Origin: Polyangiales bacterium
GTDB taxonomy: Bacteria; Myxococcota_A; Polyangia; Polyangiales; Houyiibacteriaceae
DNA: 18,502 bases
Assembly (NCBI GenBank): GCA_045106895.1
Contig: JBGCFM010000028.1
Location: 1-18,502, forward strand
Direction of reading: 5' to 3'
Of the stretch, positions 16,800 through 18,502 are shown one piece after another. The notes under the pieces were generated by a model. The model saw nothing but the letters and a program-made list of their open reading frames with translations, did not search any database and was not told the origin of the DNA. The position numbers were made by a program, and so were the translations under genes. The stretch's first letter is position 1. Each line of letters starts with the position of its first letter.

Positions 16800-18502
16800 A
16801 TGGCGAGCAAGAAAAAGCCGAAAAAGAAGCAGCTCAAGCTGAGCGAAGCGCTCTTCGAGATCGAAGATGCTCCCCTGGGCGAAGAGCTTCAGCGACGTTA
16901 TCTCAACTACGCGCTGAGCGTCATCTCGAGCCGCGCGCTGCCGGATGTGCGCGACGGACTGAAGCCCGTTCAGCGACGCATCCTCTATGCGATGCACAAC
17001 GAAATGCGCCTTCGTCACGACGCGAAGTACCGCAAGAGCGCGGCCATCGTCGGTGAGGTCATGGGTAAGTTCCACCCTCACGGCGACACATCGATCTACG
17101 ACGCGTTGGTGCGTTTGGCTCAGTCCTTTGCCATGCGCGTTCCCCTCGTCGATGGGCGTGGCAACTTCGGTTCCCCGGACGGTGACTCCGCCGCTGCCAT
17201 GCGTTACACCGAAGCGCGTCTGCAGAAGGTGGCGGACGAACTCACCGGCGAGCTCAACATGGGCACGGTGCACTTTCGTCCGAACTTCGACGGCACAAAG
17301 CTCGAGCCCGTCGTTCTTCCGGCTCGCTTTCCGAACCTTCTCGTCAACGGCGTTCAGGGCATCGCCGTCGGCATGGCGACGAGCATCCCGCCGCACAATA
17401 TGGGCGAAGTGCTCAAAGCGTGTGTGAGACTCATCGACGACCCGGAGCTCTCGCTGAAGCAGATTCTGCGCACGATCAAAGGACCGGATTTCCCCACCGG
17501 CGGCGAGCTGGTCTCGACAAAAGAAGACATCGAGAACGCGTACGTGTCCGGCAAAGGGACGCTCAAGCTTCGCGGCGAGTGGACCCTTGAGAAGGCCAAG
17601 GGGCGCGGCAATCCAAGCCTCGTGATCACCTCGATTCCATATGAGGTGAAGCGCGGAAGCGCCGTGGAGAAAATCGCGGACGTCATCGTAAAGCGAAAGC
17701 TGCCCGCGCTCCTCGACGTTCGAGATGAGTCCACGTCGGACACACGCATCGTGTGCGAGATGAAAAAGGGCACCGACCCGCAGCTTGTGATGGCGTACCT
17801 CTACAAGCACACGCCGCTGCAAACGACGGTCTCCCTCGACATGACCTGCCTCGTGCCCACGCACAAAGCCGACGTCGTCGCGCCGCGGCGTTTGGACCTG
17901 GTCTCGATGCTCCGCTACTTCCTCGACTTCCGCCTTGAGGTGGTGACGAAGCGACTGGAGTTTGAACTCAAGAAGCTCCGCGAGCGCATTCATATCCTCG
18001 AAGCGCTCATCCTCATCTTCGATGCCCTGGACGAGGTCATCCGGATTATTCGTCGTTCCGAGAACAAGGCGGATGCGGCGAAGAAGCTGATGCGGCGTTT
18101 CAAGATCGACGCGATTCAGACCGACGCGATCCTGGAGCTCAAGCTTCACCGTCTGGCGAAGCTGGCAATCCTCGAGCTGCGTACGGAGCTCGCGGCGAAG
18201 CAGAAAGCCGCGAAACGCATCGAGGCGCTGCTCAAGAGCGAGTCGGACCGCTGGGGTCTTGTCAAAGCCGAGCTCCACGACCTCCAGGAGCGTTTTGTCG
18301 ACGGCCGCCGCACGAAGATTCTCAAGGACCTCGACGAGCCTGAGTATGACCCGGAGGCGTTCATCGTCGACGAAGACGCGATGGTTGTGATCACCCAGCA
18401 GGGCTGGATCAAGCGTCAGCAGCGTGTGAAAGACGTCTCGACGACGCGCGTCCGCGACGGCGACTCGGTCTTCGAGGTCGTCGCAGGCTCGACGCGTGCG
18501 CC
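16800..18502 (+). CDS. parC: DNA topoisomerase IV subunit A (type IIA topoisomerase A subunit), 5' part, runs off the window
   Basis: Not in the ORF track because it has no stop codon in the window. Manual translation from ATG 16800 gives [59 protein letters not shown] and [11 protein letters not shown] (catalytic Tyr). The first CTD blade reads [25 protein letters not shown] with no QRRGGKG GyrA box. Confidence 0.85.
   Translation, partial: MASKKKPKKKQLKLSEALFEIEDAPLGEELQRRYLNYALSVISSRALPDVRDGLKPVQRRILYAMHNEMRLRHDAKYRKSAAIVGEVMGKFHPHGDTSIYDALVRLAQSFAMRVPLVDGRGNFGSPDGDSAAAMRYTEARLQKVADELTGELNMGTVHFRPNFDGTKLEPVVLPARFPNLLVNGVQGIAVGMATSIPPHNMGEVLKACVRLIDDPELSLKQILRTIKGPDFPTGGELVSTKEDIENAYVSGKGTLKLRGEWTLEKAKGRGNPSLVITSIPYEVKRGSAVEKIADVIVKRKLPALLDVRDESTSDTRIVCEMKKGTDPQLVMAYLYKHTPLQTTVSLDMTCLVPTHKADVVAPRRLDLVSMLRYFLDFRLEVVTKRLEFELKKLRERIHILEALILIFDALDEVIRIIRRSENKADAAKKLMRRFKIDAIQTDAILELKLHRLAKLAILELRTELAAKQKAAKRIEALLKSESDRWGLVKAELHDLQERFVDGRRTKILKDLDEPEYDPEAFIVDEDAMVVITQQGWIKRQQRVKDVSTTRVRDGDSVFEVVAGSTRA

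Noticed and set aside
17070..17102. Thr at the QRDR position equivalent to E. coli GyrA Ser83 as a quinolone-resistance allele
   Set aside because: Thr is the wild-type residue at this position in several susceptible taxa, so it is no evidence of resistance.
16542..18278. 578-aa minus-strand ORF
   Set aside because: Antisense shadow of the clearly conserved topoisomerase gene on the plus strand.

Overview
High-GC bacterial chromosomal window (roughly two-thirds G+C by eye). Its many Cys-rich lipoproteins with DAG/DGG-type acidic linkers suggest a myxobacterium (Polyangiales/Sandaracinus-like); this taxonomy is inference. About 15 protein-coding genes are supported: patatin-like phospholipase, DctP/TatP-type TRAP solute-binding protein, 4-coumarate-CoA-ligase-like AMP-binding enzyme, beta-lactamase-family serine hydrolase lipoprotein, DUF99 protein, a ferritin-like di-iron protein translationally coupled to a small Cys/Trp-tailed exported protein, a large FG-GAP/Cys-rich lipoprotein, a PiT/Pho4-like membrane protein, a 3xLysM-M23 peptidase lipoprotein, thiD, a lamin-tail-domain lipoprotein, a degenerate GGDEF-like protein, a TPR-like protein, and the 5' part of a type IIA topoisomerase A subunit lacking the GyrA box (parC). 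No RNA genes, mobile elements or CRISPR arrays were recognised. The best candidate for an undescribed system is the pair at 6548-7803: a small exported protein with a CxxGWGTTK/4-Cys tail coupled by an ATGA overlap to an apparently cytoplasmic di-iron enzyme, resembling a RiPP-like precursor plus modifying oxidase.
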